Part shown: positions 32,816-43,819 of the stretch, piece after piece
Position numbering within the stretch: position 1 is the stretch's first letter
Layout of the letters: every line of letters begins with the position of its first letter
Origin: Alphaproteobacteria bacterium
GTDB lineage: Bacteria; Pseudomonadota; Alphaproteobacteria; SMXQ01
DNA length: 64,000 bases
Reading direction: 5' to 3'
Assembly: GCA_033720855.1 (NCBI GenBank)
Contig: JAWWBR010000004.1
Location: 377-64,376, forward strand
The notes under the pieces: generated by a model
Database searches by the model: none
The model's input: the letters and a program-made list of their open reading frames with translations, nothing else
Told to the model about the DNA's origin: nothing
Made by a program: the position numbers and the translations under genes

Positions 32816-34120
32816 TCAGCCCTGGCAGTTGGCCGAATAGACCAGCCCGCCGACCCCGTAATAGGAGACCGAACAGGTCATCCCGGCTTTGAGCTGCCCG
32901 GCCTTGGCCTTCTTGCCGTTGATCTTGGTCTTGCGGCTGAGACGCTTTTCGCGGGCCTTGAACTTCCAGGTCTTGCCCTTTTCGTCCGTGAAGGTGATCC
33001 GCATCCGGCGCCCCTTGCCCTTGATGGCGGAGATGGTGAGCCCTTTGGCGATCTTTTTCTTGGCCTTGGCGACCTTGATCGCCCGCATTTCCGAATAGAC
33101 CACCCGGGCGCGATCCGTGACGTCCTTGGGATAGGCATAGATTTTGTCCAGAAGCTTTTCCACCTCCTCGCCGGTGACAGGATTGACGTCGAGAGAGGCG
33201 AGCTCGATATCCTTCACGAAATCCTTCTTGGTCACCATGATGCCGAAGGCCTTGCGCAAGGCCCCCGCGCGCTCGCGATGGACCCCCGGCGCGGCGGCAA
33301 AGGGCCGGTTGATGGTCTCCCAGGCAAGGATGGCTTCGAGGACATCGCGATCGGCCTTGGTCTTGGCGAACTCGATCACCGCCGGAACGTCGGGCAGGTC
33401 CGCCCGCCGCTTGACCGTCAGCAGGGTCAGGACCGTCACGAACTTGTTCTCGATCCATTTCGGCTTGCGGCCCCTGAGCTGCGTCCAGGACCAGGCGCCG
33501 ATCCCCTGAACCTCGCCGCGCTCCATGGCCAACGTGCTCTCGCCGGTCGAGCCGTAGCCCACCACGACCTTGAACTTGGTCCCCAGCACCTGGTTGATGA
33601 TGCGCGGATAGACGCCGCCGCCGGACCGCGGCGAGGTGCCGCCGAGGACGACCTGCTTCCGCATGGCGTCGGCGAGGGTCTTGACGCCGGTATCCGTACG
33701 CACGAAGAGCGCCGAGTTGCCCTGGGTGTAGCTGCCGAGCCAATAGAACTTGCGCGGATCGAAGCGCGCGCCGGCGGCGCCGATATAGGCCTCGCGCATG
33801 GCCGCGGGGTGGAAATGCACGATCGCCGAGCCGTCCTTCGGCCCCTTGGCCCACATCCAGTTGAGCGAGCGCATGGACCCCGCGCCCGGCATGTTCTGGA
33901 CCAGCACCGACGGGTTCCCCGGAATGTATTTATTGATGTGGCGGCCCACCACCCGGCCGCCGCGGTCGTAGCCGCCGCCCGGGCTATAGCCGATGACGAG
34001 CTTGAGCCGCGTCTTCTTGTAGAAATCGGCGACGGCATCGGCCGAGGCCGGCGTTGCCTGCATCGCCGAACCGGCGATCCCTGCGATCAGTGCCGCAGTC
34101 GGTATCGTGATTGATTTCAT
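32816..34120 (-). CDS. Bug/TctC family periplasmic solute-binding protein with Lys-rich C-terminal extension (tandem copy D)
   Basis: ORF 32816-34144; start at MKSITIPTAALIAGIAGSAMQA after GGGAGA; tail nearly identical to copy C ending ...GMTCSVSYYGVGGLVYSANCQG. Confidence 0.85.
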   Translation of the reverse strand: MKSITIPTAALIAGIAGSAMQATPASADAVADFYKKTRLKLVIGYSPGGGYDRGGRVVGRHINKYIPGNPSVLVQNMPGAGSMRSLNWMWAKGPKDGSAIVHFHPAAMREAYIGAAGARFDPRKFYWLGSYTQGNSALFVRTDTGVKTLADAMRKQVVLGGTSPRSGGGVYPRIINQVLGTKFKVVVGYGSTGESTLAMERGEVQGIGAWSWTQLRGRKPKWIENKFVTVLTLLTVKRRADLPDVPAVIEFAKTKADRDVLEAILAWETINRPFAAAPGVHRERAGALRKAFGIMVTKKDFVKDIELASLDVNPVTGEEVEKLLDKIYAYPKDVTDRARVVYSEMRAIKVAKAKKKIAKGLTISAIKGKGRRMRITFTDEKGKTWKFKAREKRLSRKTKINGKKAKAGQLKAGMTCSVSYYGVGGLVYSANCQG

Positions 34121-34285
34121 GTCTGTCTCCCTGAGTTGCGTCATTCAGGCAATACGCACGGATTGCCACCCGAGCTTTATGGGTCGTTTGTCGCCGCTCG
34201 AACGGACCGCAACTGGAATCAGCTTATATCATCGCACCCCCGCCCGCCATCGCCGCGATGATGCCGGCGCCGGCGGCCGGACGCT

Positions 34286-34314
34286 AAAAAAAGCGCCCTC
34301 CCGGAGGAGGGCGC
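34286..34314 (-). terminator. Rho-independent terminator of Bug SBP copy E
   Basis: GCGCCCTCC-cgga-GGAGGGCGC hairpin followed on minus strand by UUUUUUU. Confidence 0.8.
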
Positions 34315-34339
34315 CCAGGTGTTCGGTGATACGGGGGGC

Positions 34340-35644
34340 TCAGCCCTTGCAGTTGGCCGAATAGACCATCCCGCCCTTGTTGTAATAAGTGACCGAGCAG
34401 ACCATGCCGGCCTTGAGCTCGCCCGCCTTGGCCTTCTTGCCGTTGATCTTGGTCTTGCGGCTGAGCCTCTTCTCCCGGGCCTTGAACTTCCAGGTCTCGC
34501 CCTTTCCGTCCGTGAAGGTGATGCGCATCGTGCGCCCCTTGCCCTTGACGGTTGCGACCTTAAGGCCGCCGAGCTCCTTCTTCTTGGCCGTCGGGATCTT
34601 GATCTTCCGCATCTCGGAATAGACCGCCCTCGCACGGTCGACGACCGGCTTGGGATAGGCGTAGAGCCTGGCCAGCATCTCCTCGGCATCCTTGCCGACG
34701 ATGGGATCGACCTCGAGGGAGGCGATGTTGATGTCCTTCTCGAAGTCCTTTTGTTTGACCATCTCGGCGAACGCCTTGCGCAGCACTGCGCCGCGCGCCG
34801 GATCGGTCCCCGGCGACGAGGCGAAGGGCCGGCCCAGTTCCGCCCACATGAGAATGGCTTCGAGAACCTGCCTTTCCTCTTTGGTCCTGGCCAGGTCCAG
34901 CGGCGTCGGCACGTTGGGCAGGTCCTTGTGCGGCTTCACCGAATGGAAGATCAGGACCTTGACGAAATTGTTCTTGAGCCATTCCGGCCGACGATCGCGC
35001 AATTGCGACCACGACCAGGAGCCGACGCCCTCGAGCTCACCGCGCTCCATGGCCAGGGTGCTTTCCCCGGTGCCGCCGTAGCCGACCACCACCTTGAACT
35101 TGGTGCCGAGCACCTGGTTCAGGATGGTGGGATAGACGCCACCGCCCGAACGCGGCGACGTGCCGCCGACGATGACCTGTTTCTTGAACACGTCTTTGAT
35201 CGACTTGACCCCGGTGTCCGAGCGCACGAACAGAACCGCGCGTTCGCGGAGGTAACTGCCGAGCCAATAGTACTTGCGCGGGTCGAAATAGACGCCGGCG
35301 GCGCCGATGAACGCCTCACGCATGGCCGCCGAATGGAAATGGCCGATCACCGTGCCATCCTTGGGCGCCTTGGTGTAGAGCCAGTTCATCAATCGCAGGG
35401 AACCGCCGCCCGGCATGTTCTGGGCGATGACCTTGGGATTGCCCGGAATGTACTTGCCGATATGGCGTGCCACCACCCGGCCGCCGCGGTTGAAGCCGCC
35501 GCCGGGCGGGAAGCCGATGATGACCTTGACCCGGGATTTCTTATAGAAATCCGTGACCGCATCGGCGGAAGCATTATGTGTTGCGCCCGCGACGGACGCG
35601 GCGAGGACCGCGCCGGCGACAAGGGCCGATTTTGCATAATTCAT
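34340..35644 (-). CDS. Bug/TctC family periplasmic solute-binding protein with Lys-rich C-terminal extension (tandem copy E)
   Basis: 434 aa; GGGAGA RBS; signal peptide MNYAKSALVAGAVLAASVAGA; tail ...GMVCSVTYYNKGGMVYSANCKG. Confidence 0.85.
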   Translation of the reverse strand: MNYAKSALVAGAVLAASVAGATHNASADAVTDFYKKSRVKVIIGFPPGGGFNRGGRVVARHIGKYIPGNPKVIAQNMPGGGSLRLMNWLYTKAPKDGTVIGHFHSAAMREAFIGAAGVYFDPRKYYWLGSYLRERAVLFVRSDTGVKSIKDVFKKQVIVGGTSPRSGGGVYPTILNQVLGTKFKVVVGYGGTGESTLAMERGELEGVGSWSWSQLRDRRPEWLKNNFVKVLIFHSVKPHKDLPNVPTPLDLARTKEERQVLEAILMWAELGRPFASSPGTDPARGAVLRKAFAEMVKQKDFEKDINIASLEVDPIVGKDAEEMLARLYAYPKPVVDRARAVYSEMRKIKIPTAKKKELGGLKVATVKGKGRTMRITFTDGKGETWKFKAREKRLSRKTKINGKKAKAGELKAGMVCSVTYYNKGGMVYSANCKG

Positions 35645-36044
35645 AATTGTCTCCCAGTATTTCGTGAATGATTGCCGAGCGGTGCTTCCCGCCTTTTTAC
35701 GGCACTCAATCCAGTTGCGGATTGTGAAACTTTATGAGGCAATTGGCAACAGCGCTCGCGAGGTCCCGGCGCCGCCGCCAGCAATATGGACATCGCGAAA
35801 AAAGTGGCTAGACTGCGGCACCGAGACCGCAGCCCGTCCCGGCTGCGCCGGTCGGCTCATTACCGTCGAAGATCAGGGTACCGTCCACATGTCCGAAGAA
35901 GACTTTCAACATAAATACGTCGCCGTCGTCGCCTTCACCATGGGCGGCGTCGTCCTCTCCCTTGGGGTCCTGGGAATCTGGCTCAACCTGGGTTGACCGC
36001 CGCTCGGCCCTCGCCGCCCGCGCCGCGACGGCGCGTTTTGGCGC

Positions 36045-36896
36045 TCACAGGATCCTGCTGATCCCCTTGAAGATCAGGCCGAAGGCGGAGACCAGGATCA
36101 CCAGCTGCACCAGCCGGTGATAGCGCGCCGGCGTCATCGTGCGGAAGTAGTGGGTCCCCAGCCAGACCCCGACATAGACCACCGGCAACAGCAACAGCGC
36201 CTCCCAGAGCAGCCGCCAGGACACCAGCCCGGCGGCCACCGTCACCACCAGGCGCCAGCACAAGAGCACCGTCCCCACCAGCACCAAGGTGGCGCGCAGC
36301 GACACGTATCCCGTGCAGGCCTGCTTGAGGTAGACGGCGATGCTGATCACGCCGCCCGCCCCGGCCAGTCCGTTCACGAATCCGGCGGTGGCCGACAGGC
36401 CCAGGGCGATGGGCAGGGCCCTCAGGTTGACGTCGGCGAGGGCGCGCTCCAGCACCCGCCCCATGTCGAGAAGCGTCAGCACGAAGATGACGCTGCCCAG
36501 CACCAGCATGAACCAGTCCGTGCCCATATTGGCGAACACCCAGACGCCGGCCGGAAGGCCGACCATCATTGCCGCGAGAACCGGGCGGGCGATCGCCTTG
36601 TCGCCGTCGCGCAGGCCCTCGGGCAGCATCTGCAGCTGCGGCACGGTGCCCGCCACCAGGGCCAGCAACACGGCATGGTGGGGATCGATCAGGAGCGAGG
36701 TGATGATGACGATGGGCGCGACCGCGCCGAAACCCAGTACGCCGCGGGCGAGAAAGGCGATGAAGTAGATGACGACGATCGCCGTCAGGACCGAGGGCGA
36801 AAAGCCGTGGAACGGCTGCCCGGCCCAGAGATACAGGCTGTCGATACTATGGCGCGCGGTTTCGAACACAGTCGTCTCGGGACCTGAAGGACTCAT
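36045..36896 (-). CDS. sulfite exporter TauE/SafE family membrane protein
   Basis: ORF 36045-37313; start set at MSPSGPETTVFE (upstream part is Arg/Gly-rich junk); multiple TM helices with GxGGG-like motif (LAGAGGVISIAVYL) typical of DUF81/TauE. Confidence 0.65.
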   Translation of the reverse strand: MSPSGPETTVFETARHSIDSLYLWAGQPFHGFSPSVLTAIVVIYFIAFLARGVLGFGAVAPIVIITSLLIDPHHAVLLALVAGTVPQLQMLPEGLRDGDKAIARPVLAAMMVGLPAGVWVFANMGTDWFMLVLGSVIFVLTLLDMGRVLERALADVNLRALPIALGLSATAGFVNGLAGAGGVISIAVYLKQACTGYVSLRATLVLVGTVLLCWRLVVTVAAGLVSWRLLWEALLLLPVVYVGVWLGTHYFRTMTPARYHRLVQLVILVSAFGLIFKGISRIL

Positions 36897-37159
36897 CTGA
36901 TCTGCGCGCCGCGGGGCTCGCCGCGCGCTTCGCCCCACGGCAGAGGCCGCACGACCTGCGACGGCGATGCCCCATAGTAGCGGCAATTTCCCGCCGGTCG
37001 AGCCGCCATTCGCCCCGGACAGGCGGTGGGTCCGGCGGTTCCGACGCCGTTTTTGGAGCTTTGACGCAGGTTTGACGGCGCCTCGGCGCCATCGCCACGG
37101 GGGATTGGCGGCGGCAACCCATACTCGGCCGAGATCGAACAACCACGGAGGCAGGTTCG

Positions 37160-38329
37160 ATGTCCGTCGCTCTTCCCGACCGGCCGGTTCCCAGCCCCGC
37201 CTATGGACGCCCGGGACTCGCCTCTCTCGCTCCAGCATCGGACCGGGAGGCGCCCCGGCCCCGGCCCCTGCCGCGGATGAGCCGCGAAGACGCCCGCGCA
37301 TTGCGCAAGGCAATGGCCCCCTTTGCCCGCCCGTCGCTGCGCAAGAGCCTCGTCCAGGTGGCCGATACCTTTATCCCGTTCTTCGCCTGCTGGGCGCTGG
37401 CCTATCTTTCTCTCCAGGTCTCCTATGTCCTGACGTTCGGCTTCGGTCTGCTCTGCGCCGGATTGATCGTGCGCATGACGATCTTGCAGCATGACAGCGG
37501 CCATTACGCCTTCTTCCGCTCCCGCTGGGCCAACGAATGGATGATACGGGTCATCTCGCTGTTCAACTTCGCCCCGTTGTGTTTCTGGACCCGGCAGCAC
37601 GCCTATCACCACCAGAAGATCAACAGCCTCGACCGCGGCGCGCGCGACGTCTTCGCCGAATGCCTGACGGTGAGGGAGTATCTGGCGCTGCCGCCCCGGC
37701 ATCGCCTGATCTACCGCGTGACCAGGGACCCGTTCGTATTCTTCTGGATCCTCGCGCCGCTGACCATGATTATCGGGGCGCGGCTTCCCATCACCGCCGA
37801 AAAGTCGTGGAAGGCCGAGCGGCGCAACCTCTATCGGACCAACATCGCCCTCCTCGTCGTCTACGGCGGGCTCATTTGGGCGCTGGGCTTCCGCGAATTC
37901 GCCCTGGTTCACGGCCCGATCATCGTTCTGGCCTCGGGATTCGGCTTTTGGCTGGACTTCCTCGGCCACAAGTTCCCGACCGCCCAATGGGTGCATGACG
38001 AGGATTGGGAACTGCCGACCACGGCGCTCAATGGGTGCGGCTACTTCAAGATGAACAAGGTGCTGCAGTGGTTCAGCGGCGCGATCGGCATCCATCACGT
38101 CCACCACATCAACCCGCGGATCCCCAATTACGCGCTGCAGGACTGCCTCGACGCGGTTCCCGCCCTTCAGGCGGTGCCGTCGTTCACCGTCTGGCAGGCC
38201 GTCAAGTCGGCTTGGCTCGTGCTGTGGGACGAAGACCGCGGCCGCCTCATCCGCTTCGACGAAATTCGCGCGCCCCGGCCTGCCCCCGGCGCGCCTCCCC
38301 CTAGGTCACCTCGAAGGTCCGGGCCTTGA
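37160..38329 (+). CDS. fatty acid desaturase family protein
   Basis: 389 aa; histidine boxes HDSGHYAF, HAYHHQKIN, HHVHHINPRIP; GGAGG RBS. Confidence 0.8.
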   Translation: MSVALPDRPVPSPAYGRPGLASLAPASDREAPRPRPLPRMSREDARALRKAMAPFARPSLRKSLVQVADTFIPFFACWALAYLSLQVSYVLTFGFGLLCAGLIVRMTILQHDSGHYAFFRSRWANEWMIRVISLFNFAPLCFWTRQHAYHHQKINSLDRGARDVFAECLTVREYLALPPRHRLIYRVTRDPFVFFWILAPLTMIIGARLPITAEKSWKAERRNLYRTNIALLVVYGGLIWALGFREFALVHGPIIVLASGFGFWLDFLGHKFPTAQWVHDEDWELPTTALNGCGYFKMNKVLQWFSGAIGIHHVHHINPRIPNYALQDCLDAVPALQAVPSFTVWQAVKSAWLVLWDEDRGRLIRFDEIRAPRPAPGAPPPRSPRRSGP

Positions 38330-38681
38330 GGCGCACGGTCTGGGTGACCGACCCCTCGGCCCATTGCCAGGGGGTGGGGCCGTGATTGCGCAGCCCGTAT
38401 TTGCGGTAGGGTTCCTCGGCGGCGATGGCGTCGGCCTCCTCCATCGACCCGGCGCGCAGGATCATCATGCCGGCGCCATGGCGCGACCCGTCGGCATCCA
38501 TGAAGGGGCCCGCCGCAAGAAGGATCCCGCGCTCCTCCAGGTCGGAAAGATAGGCGAAATGCTCCTGGCGGATGTCATCGACCGGTTTGCCCGGATCGGG
38601 CGCGGGATCGACATTGGTCATCCAAAAAACGTAGTACTGAGGGCGGCTTCGGCCCCCCTGCCCCTCACCTTGATCGGCCAT
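38301..38681 (-). CDS. YciI-like (Dabb fold) family protein
   Basis: ORF 38301-38933; start at MADQGEG; ~126 aa with YYVFWMTNVD...ILLAAGPFMD...GAGMMILRAGSMEEA pattern of YciI family; 3' end overlaps the desaturase 3' end by ~29 nt. Confidence 0.6.
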   Translation of the reverse strand: MADQGEGQGGRSRPQYYVFWMTNVDPAPDPGKPVDDIRQEHFAYLSDLEERGILLAAGPFMDADGSRHGAGMMILRAGSMEEADAIAAEEPYRKYGLRNHGPTPWQWAEGSVTQTVRLKARTFEVT

Positions 38682-38977
38682 TGATCTTTGTCCCCGATTG
38701 TTTGTCCTCAAACATGCGCCCGGCCGAAAAACGCGCCCGAGCGCGGACCCATCGGCGTTCAGTTTGGCCCAGGAGACGGGCCAATGCCACAGCTGGATGG
38801 GCGCGCCTTCTCTCGGGCCCCCTGGTCCGATGCGGAGCGCGGGCCCGGGCGGGAAGCGGAATAGTCTTGAACTCCGGCGCCGGCATGAGTAACACGGTCG
38901 GCACGGCGGGCCCGGCCCCGCCGGCTTGACCATTCAGCGACTTCCCCTACGACTCGCACGAGGGACGGAAACAGCTT

Positions 38978-39991
38978 ATGAAAGCCGCCATTTTCCACGA
39001 GTTCGGCCCGCCCGAGGTGCTGCGCTACGAAGACGCGCCGGACCCGGAGCCCGGCCCCGGCCAGGTCATCGTCAAGGTCCATGCCGTCACCGTCAACCGC
39101 ACCCTTGACTGCGCCGTGCGCGCCGGCACCCAGATGCAGCGCAACCCGATCCTGCCCGGGATCCTCGGGGTCGACCCGTCGGGCGAGGTGGTGGCTCTGG
39201 GCGCGCCCGCCGAAGGCGTGACCATGCCTAAGATCGGCGACCGGGTGTCGGTGCTGTCGCGACCCGGCCCCGGCGAGGACGGGATGCTCGGGGTCAGGCG
39301 CTGGGGCGGCGACGCCGAGCTGGTCAAGGTCCATGCCAATTGCTGCCTGCCGATCTCGGACAACCTCAATTACCACGAGGCCTCGGTGGTGATCCGCCAT
39401 TGCCCCACCGCCTTCCACCTGATGTTCACCATGGGCGAGCTCAAGAAGGGCCAATGGGTGCTGGTGATGGGCTGTTCCGGCGGCCTGGGCAGCATCGGCG
39501 TACAGATCGCCAAGATGGTGGGCGCCAACGTGATCGGTGCCGCGGGGTCGGCCGAACGGGCCCGGATCGGGCTCGATCTAGGGGCCGATTACGTCGTCAA
39601 TTACGGCGAGCAGGACCTCACCGAAGAGGTGATGTCGATCACCAAGGGCCACGGCGTCGATCTCGTCTACGACAACATCTCCAACCCCGAGACCTGGCCC
39701 AAGGCCTTTGCCGCCATCGCCCATGGCGGCAGGCTGGTGACCGCCGGGTCCCACGCCGGGCCCGTCGTGCCGCTGGATTGCTTCAAGCTCTACGATTCCA
39801 AGATCACCATCATGGGCAGCGCCGGATCGACCCGCCAGAATGTCGAGGACTCGCTCAAGGCGGCCGCAGAGGGCAAGATCAAGGTTGTGATCGAAAAGGT
39901 CTATCCGTTGAGCGGGATCGTCGACGCCCACCGCCTGGTCGAGGCCGGATCCGTGCCCGGCAAGGTGATCCTCGACCCGACGCTGGGCTGA
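38978..39991 (+). CDS. zinc-binding/MDR family alcohol dehydrogenase or quinone oxidoreductase
   Basis: 337 aa; MKAAIFHEFGPPEVLRYEDAPDPEPGPGQVIVKV; cofactor motif GCSGGLGSIGVQIAK. Confidence 0.85.
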   Translation: MKAAIFHEFGPPEVLRYEDAPDPEPGPGQVIVKVHAVTVNRTLDCAVRAGTQMQRNPILPGILGVDPSGEVVALGAPAEGVTMPKIGDRVSVLSRPGPGEDGMLGVRRWGGDAELVKVHANCCLPISDNLNYHEASVVIRHCPTAFHLMFTMGELKKGQWVLVMGCSGGLGSIGVQIAKMVGANVIGAAGSAERARIGLDLGADYVVNYGEQDLTEEVMSITKGHGVDLVYDNISNPETWPKAFAAIAHGGRLVTAGSHAGPVVPLDCFKLYDSKITIMGSAGSTRQNVEDSLKAAAEGKIKVVIEKVYPLSGIVDAHRLVEAGSVPGKVILDPTLG

Positions 39992-40031
39992 GGCGGCGGC
40001 GACAAGCGCCAGGAAAACCAGGGAGGAGGAC

Positions 40032-40832
40032 ATGGGGGACAGCTTCAGCGCCAAGGGTCTGTTCGACCTGGAGGGCCGCACGGTGATCGTCACCGGCGGC
40101 GCCGTCGGCATCGGCAAGGTCTACTCCAAGGCCTTGGGCGAGGTCGGCGCCAACGTGGTGATCGCCGACATCACCGACAACGAGGGCGGCGCCCTGGCCG
40201 GGGAGATAGCGGACGCGGGCGGGAGCGCCCGGTACGTCTCCGCCGACGTCTCCGACATGGCCGCCTGCGCCGCCCTTGCCGACCAAGCGCTCCATGAATT
40301 CGGCGCCATCGACGGGCTCGTCAACAACGCCGCCATGTATGCCGTGATCCCCAAGCGCGACGACTGGACCGCCATCCCCGAAGACGAGTGGGACCGGCTG
40401 ATGGCGGTCAACCTCAAGGGCATCTTCAATTGCTGCAAGGCGGTCTATCCGGCGATGAAGAAACAGGGCCACGGCAAGATCATCAACATCTCGTCCTCGA
40501 CCTGGCTGACCGGCACCACCGGGCGGCTCCACTACACCACCTCCAAGGCCGGGGTGGTCGGCTTCACCCGCTCGCTCAGCCACGACCTCGGCAAGGACAG
40601 GATCTGCGTCAACGCCGTCTGCCCCGGGCTGACCAAGAGCGAGACCATCGGCGCGGTGATGCCCGAGGCGCACTGGCGGCGGCGCGAGCAGAAGATGGCC
40701 GAGAGCGCCGCCATACCCCGCCTGCAGATGCCCGAAGACCTGGTCGGCACGATCCTGTTCCTGCTGGCGCCTGCGAGCGATTTCGTCACCGGCCAGACCA
40801 TCGCCTGCGAAGGCGGCTCCAACCACCTCTAG
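40032..40832 (+). CDS. SDR family oxidoreductase (3-oxoacyl-ACP reductase-like)
   Basis: 266 aa; TGGAVGIG, NNAA, S...YxxxK (YTTSKAGVVGFTRSL) motifs. Confidence 0.85.
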   Translation: MGDSFSAKGLFDLEGRTVIVTGGAVGIGKVYSKALGEVGANVVIADITDNEGGALAGEIADAGGSARYVSADVSDMAACAALADQALHEFGAIDGLVNNAAMYAVIPKRDDWTAIPEDEWDRLMAVNLKGIFNCCKAVYPAMKKQGHGKIINISSSTWLTGTTGRLHYTTSKAGVVGFTRSLSHDLGKDRICVNAVCPGLTKSETIGAVMPEAHWRRREQKMAESAAIPRLQMPEDLVGTILFLLAPASDFVTGQTIACEGGSNHL

Positions 40833-40851
40833 GCGGCGGGGGAGCGAGCCG

Positions 40852-41568
40852 ATGGGCGCCTGGGTCGAGATCACCGCAGCCGACGGCCACAGATTGGGGG
40901 CCTGGCGGGCCGAGCCCCAGGCCACGCCGAAGGGGGGCCTGGTCGTCGCCCAGGAGATGTATGGCGTCAATTCCTACCTCATGGGCGTCGTCGACGATTA
41001 CGCCGCCAAGGGCTACCTCGCCATCGCGCCGAGGCTCTATGACCGGCTCGAGCCCGGGCTGATCATCGAGTACGACGATGCGGGCAATCGCCGCGCCAAG
41101 GAGCTCTACCGCAATTACGACTGGTCCAAGGCGCTCCTCGACCTCGAGGCCGCACGCGATGCCGTCGCCGATGCCGGGCGGGTCGGCATCTTGGGCTTCT
41201 GCTTCGGCGGTTCGCTGGCTTGGCTCGCGGCCTGCCGCAGCGATTTCGCCTGCGCGGTCTCGTATTACGGCGGCGAGATGACCCGCTACATGGACGAGGG
41301 CGACCACTGCCCCATCGAATGCCATGTCGGCGACGGCGACACCGCCTTGAGCCCGGACAAGGTCGCGCAGTTCCAGGCCCGATACCCCGAGGTGCCGTTC
41401 CACGTCTATCCCGGCGCGGTCCACGGCTTCGACAACGAGAATCGCGGCGCCCGCCACCATCCCGAGGCCACCCGCCTGGCCCGGGCGCGGACGCTCGAAT
41501 TCCTCGATGCGCATATCGTCGGCGCCGATGGGCCCAGCCCGGCGCCCTCGCCCGCAGGCTCAACCTAG
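40852..41568 (+). CDS. dienelactone hydrolase family protein
   Basis: 238 aa; GFCFGG nucleophile elbow, DLH-like alpha/beta hydrolase pattern. Confidence 0.8.
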   Translation: MGAWVEITAADGHRLGAWRAEPQATPKGGLVVAQEMYGVNSYLMGVVDDYAAKGYLAIAPRLYDRLEPGLIIEYDDAGNRRAKELYRNYDWSKALLDLEAARDAVADAGRVGILGFCFGGSLAWLAACRSDFACAVSYYGGEMTRYMDEGDHCPIECHVGDGDTALSPDKVAQFQARYPEVPFHVYPGAVHGFDNENRGARHHPEATRLARARTLEFLDAHIVGADGPSPAPSPAGST

Positions 41569-41871
41569 GTTTTCTCAGCACCAGCTGTGCCGCGGGTCTT
41601 ATTCCCGGATATTCTGCAGGAACCATTCGGTCGGCGGCTCCCGCCCCAGCCCGCGCTTGACGCAGGCCTCGAAGACGGCGCCGCCGACAGCGGAAAACAT
41701 CCAAAGTCCAAGCCTTAAAATGCCTTACTACGCTGATCAAGCGGAAAAAAACGGCATAATCCTGACAAACGGGGTTGACTTTCCACCGCGGATGCACGAT
41801 CTCTAATTCAGACCAATTCAGTCGTCTTTAAACGGAGGGCGGGGCCCGAATTCCGCGGCTCGGAGAGAACC

Positions 41872-42345
41872 ATGATCAAACTCAGTCGACTGGCCGATTA
41901 CGCGGTCGTGTTGCTGACCCAGATGGGTTCCGATCCCAAGGGGGTGCATAACGCCCTCGATTTGGCCCACTGCACGGGCCTGCCGGTGCCCACCGTCAGC
42001 AAGGTGCTCGCCACCCTCGCCCGCGACGGCGTCCTGGCCAGCGTGCGCGGCGCCAAGGGCGGCTATCGCCTCGCCGCCGCGCCGGAGCGCATTTCCGTCG
42101 CCGAGATCATCGCCGCCATCGACGGCCCCATCGCCCTGACCCAGTGCGTGGACCGCAGCGCCGACATCTGTACGGTGGAGACGCTGTGCCCCAGCCGCGC
42201 CGGCTGGCACAAGATCAATCAGGCGGTCGAGCGCGCCCTTTCGGAAGTGTCCCTGGCCGAACTGATGGGGACGCCGCCGCTCTTGGCCGAACTGCCCACC
42301 GCCGCCAGGGCGTCGCGCCGCAGCGCACCGGGACATGGGAGCTAG
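41872..42345 (+). CDS. Rrf2 family transcriptional regulator (IscR/SufR-like, likely suf operon regulator)
   Basis: 157 aa; MIKLSRLADYAVVLL N-terminal wHTH; three-Cys cluster-ligand region CVDRSADICTVETLCP; immediately upstream of sufBCDS. Confidence 0.8.
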   Translation: MIKLSRLADYAVVLLTQMGSDPKGVHNALDLAHCTGLPVPTVSKVLATLARDGVLASVRGAKGGYRLAAAPERISVAEIIAAIDGPIALTQCVDRSADICTVETLCPSRAGWHKINQAVERALSEVSLAELMGTPPLLAELPTAARASRRSAPGHGS

Positions 42346-42348
42346 GCC

Positions 42349-43809
<1,461 letters not shown>

Positions 43810-43819
43810 GAACAGTCAC

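Noticed and set aside
31405-34622. Three conserved small antisense ORFs (72, 69, 77 aa) inside the 3' ends of the tandem Bug genes
   Set aside because: Their conservation is explained by near-identical nucleotide sequence of the sense-strand C-terminal modules. The peptides are Leu/Phe-rich mirror images of Lys codons, with no RBS.
38301-38329. 29-nt convergent overlap between desaturase and YciI-like gene ends
   Set aside because: The overlap is probably real but of little functional meaning. It could also reflect an over-extended desaturase C-terminus (Pro/Arg-rich tail), so it is not treated as a finding.
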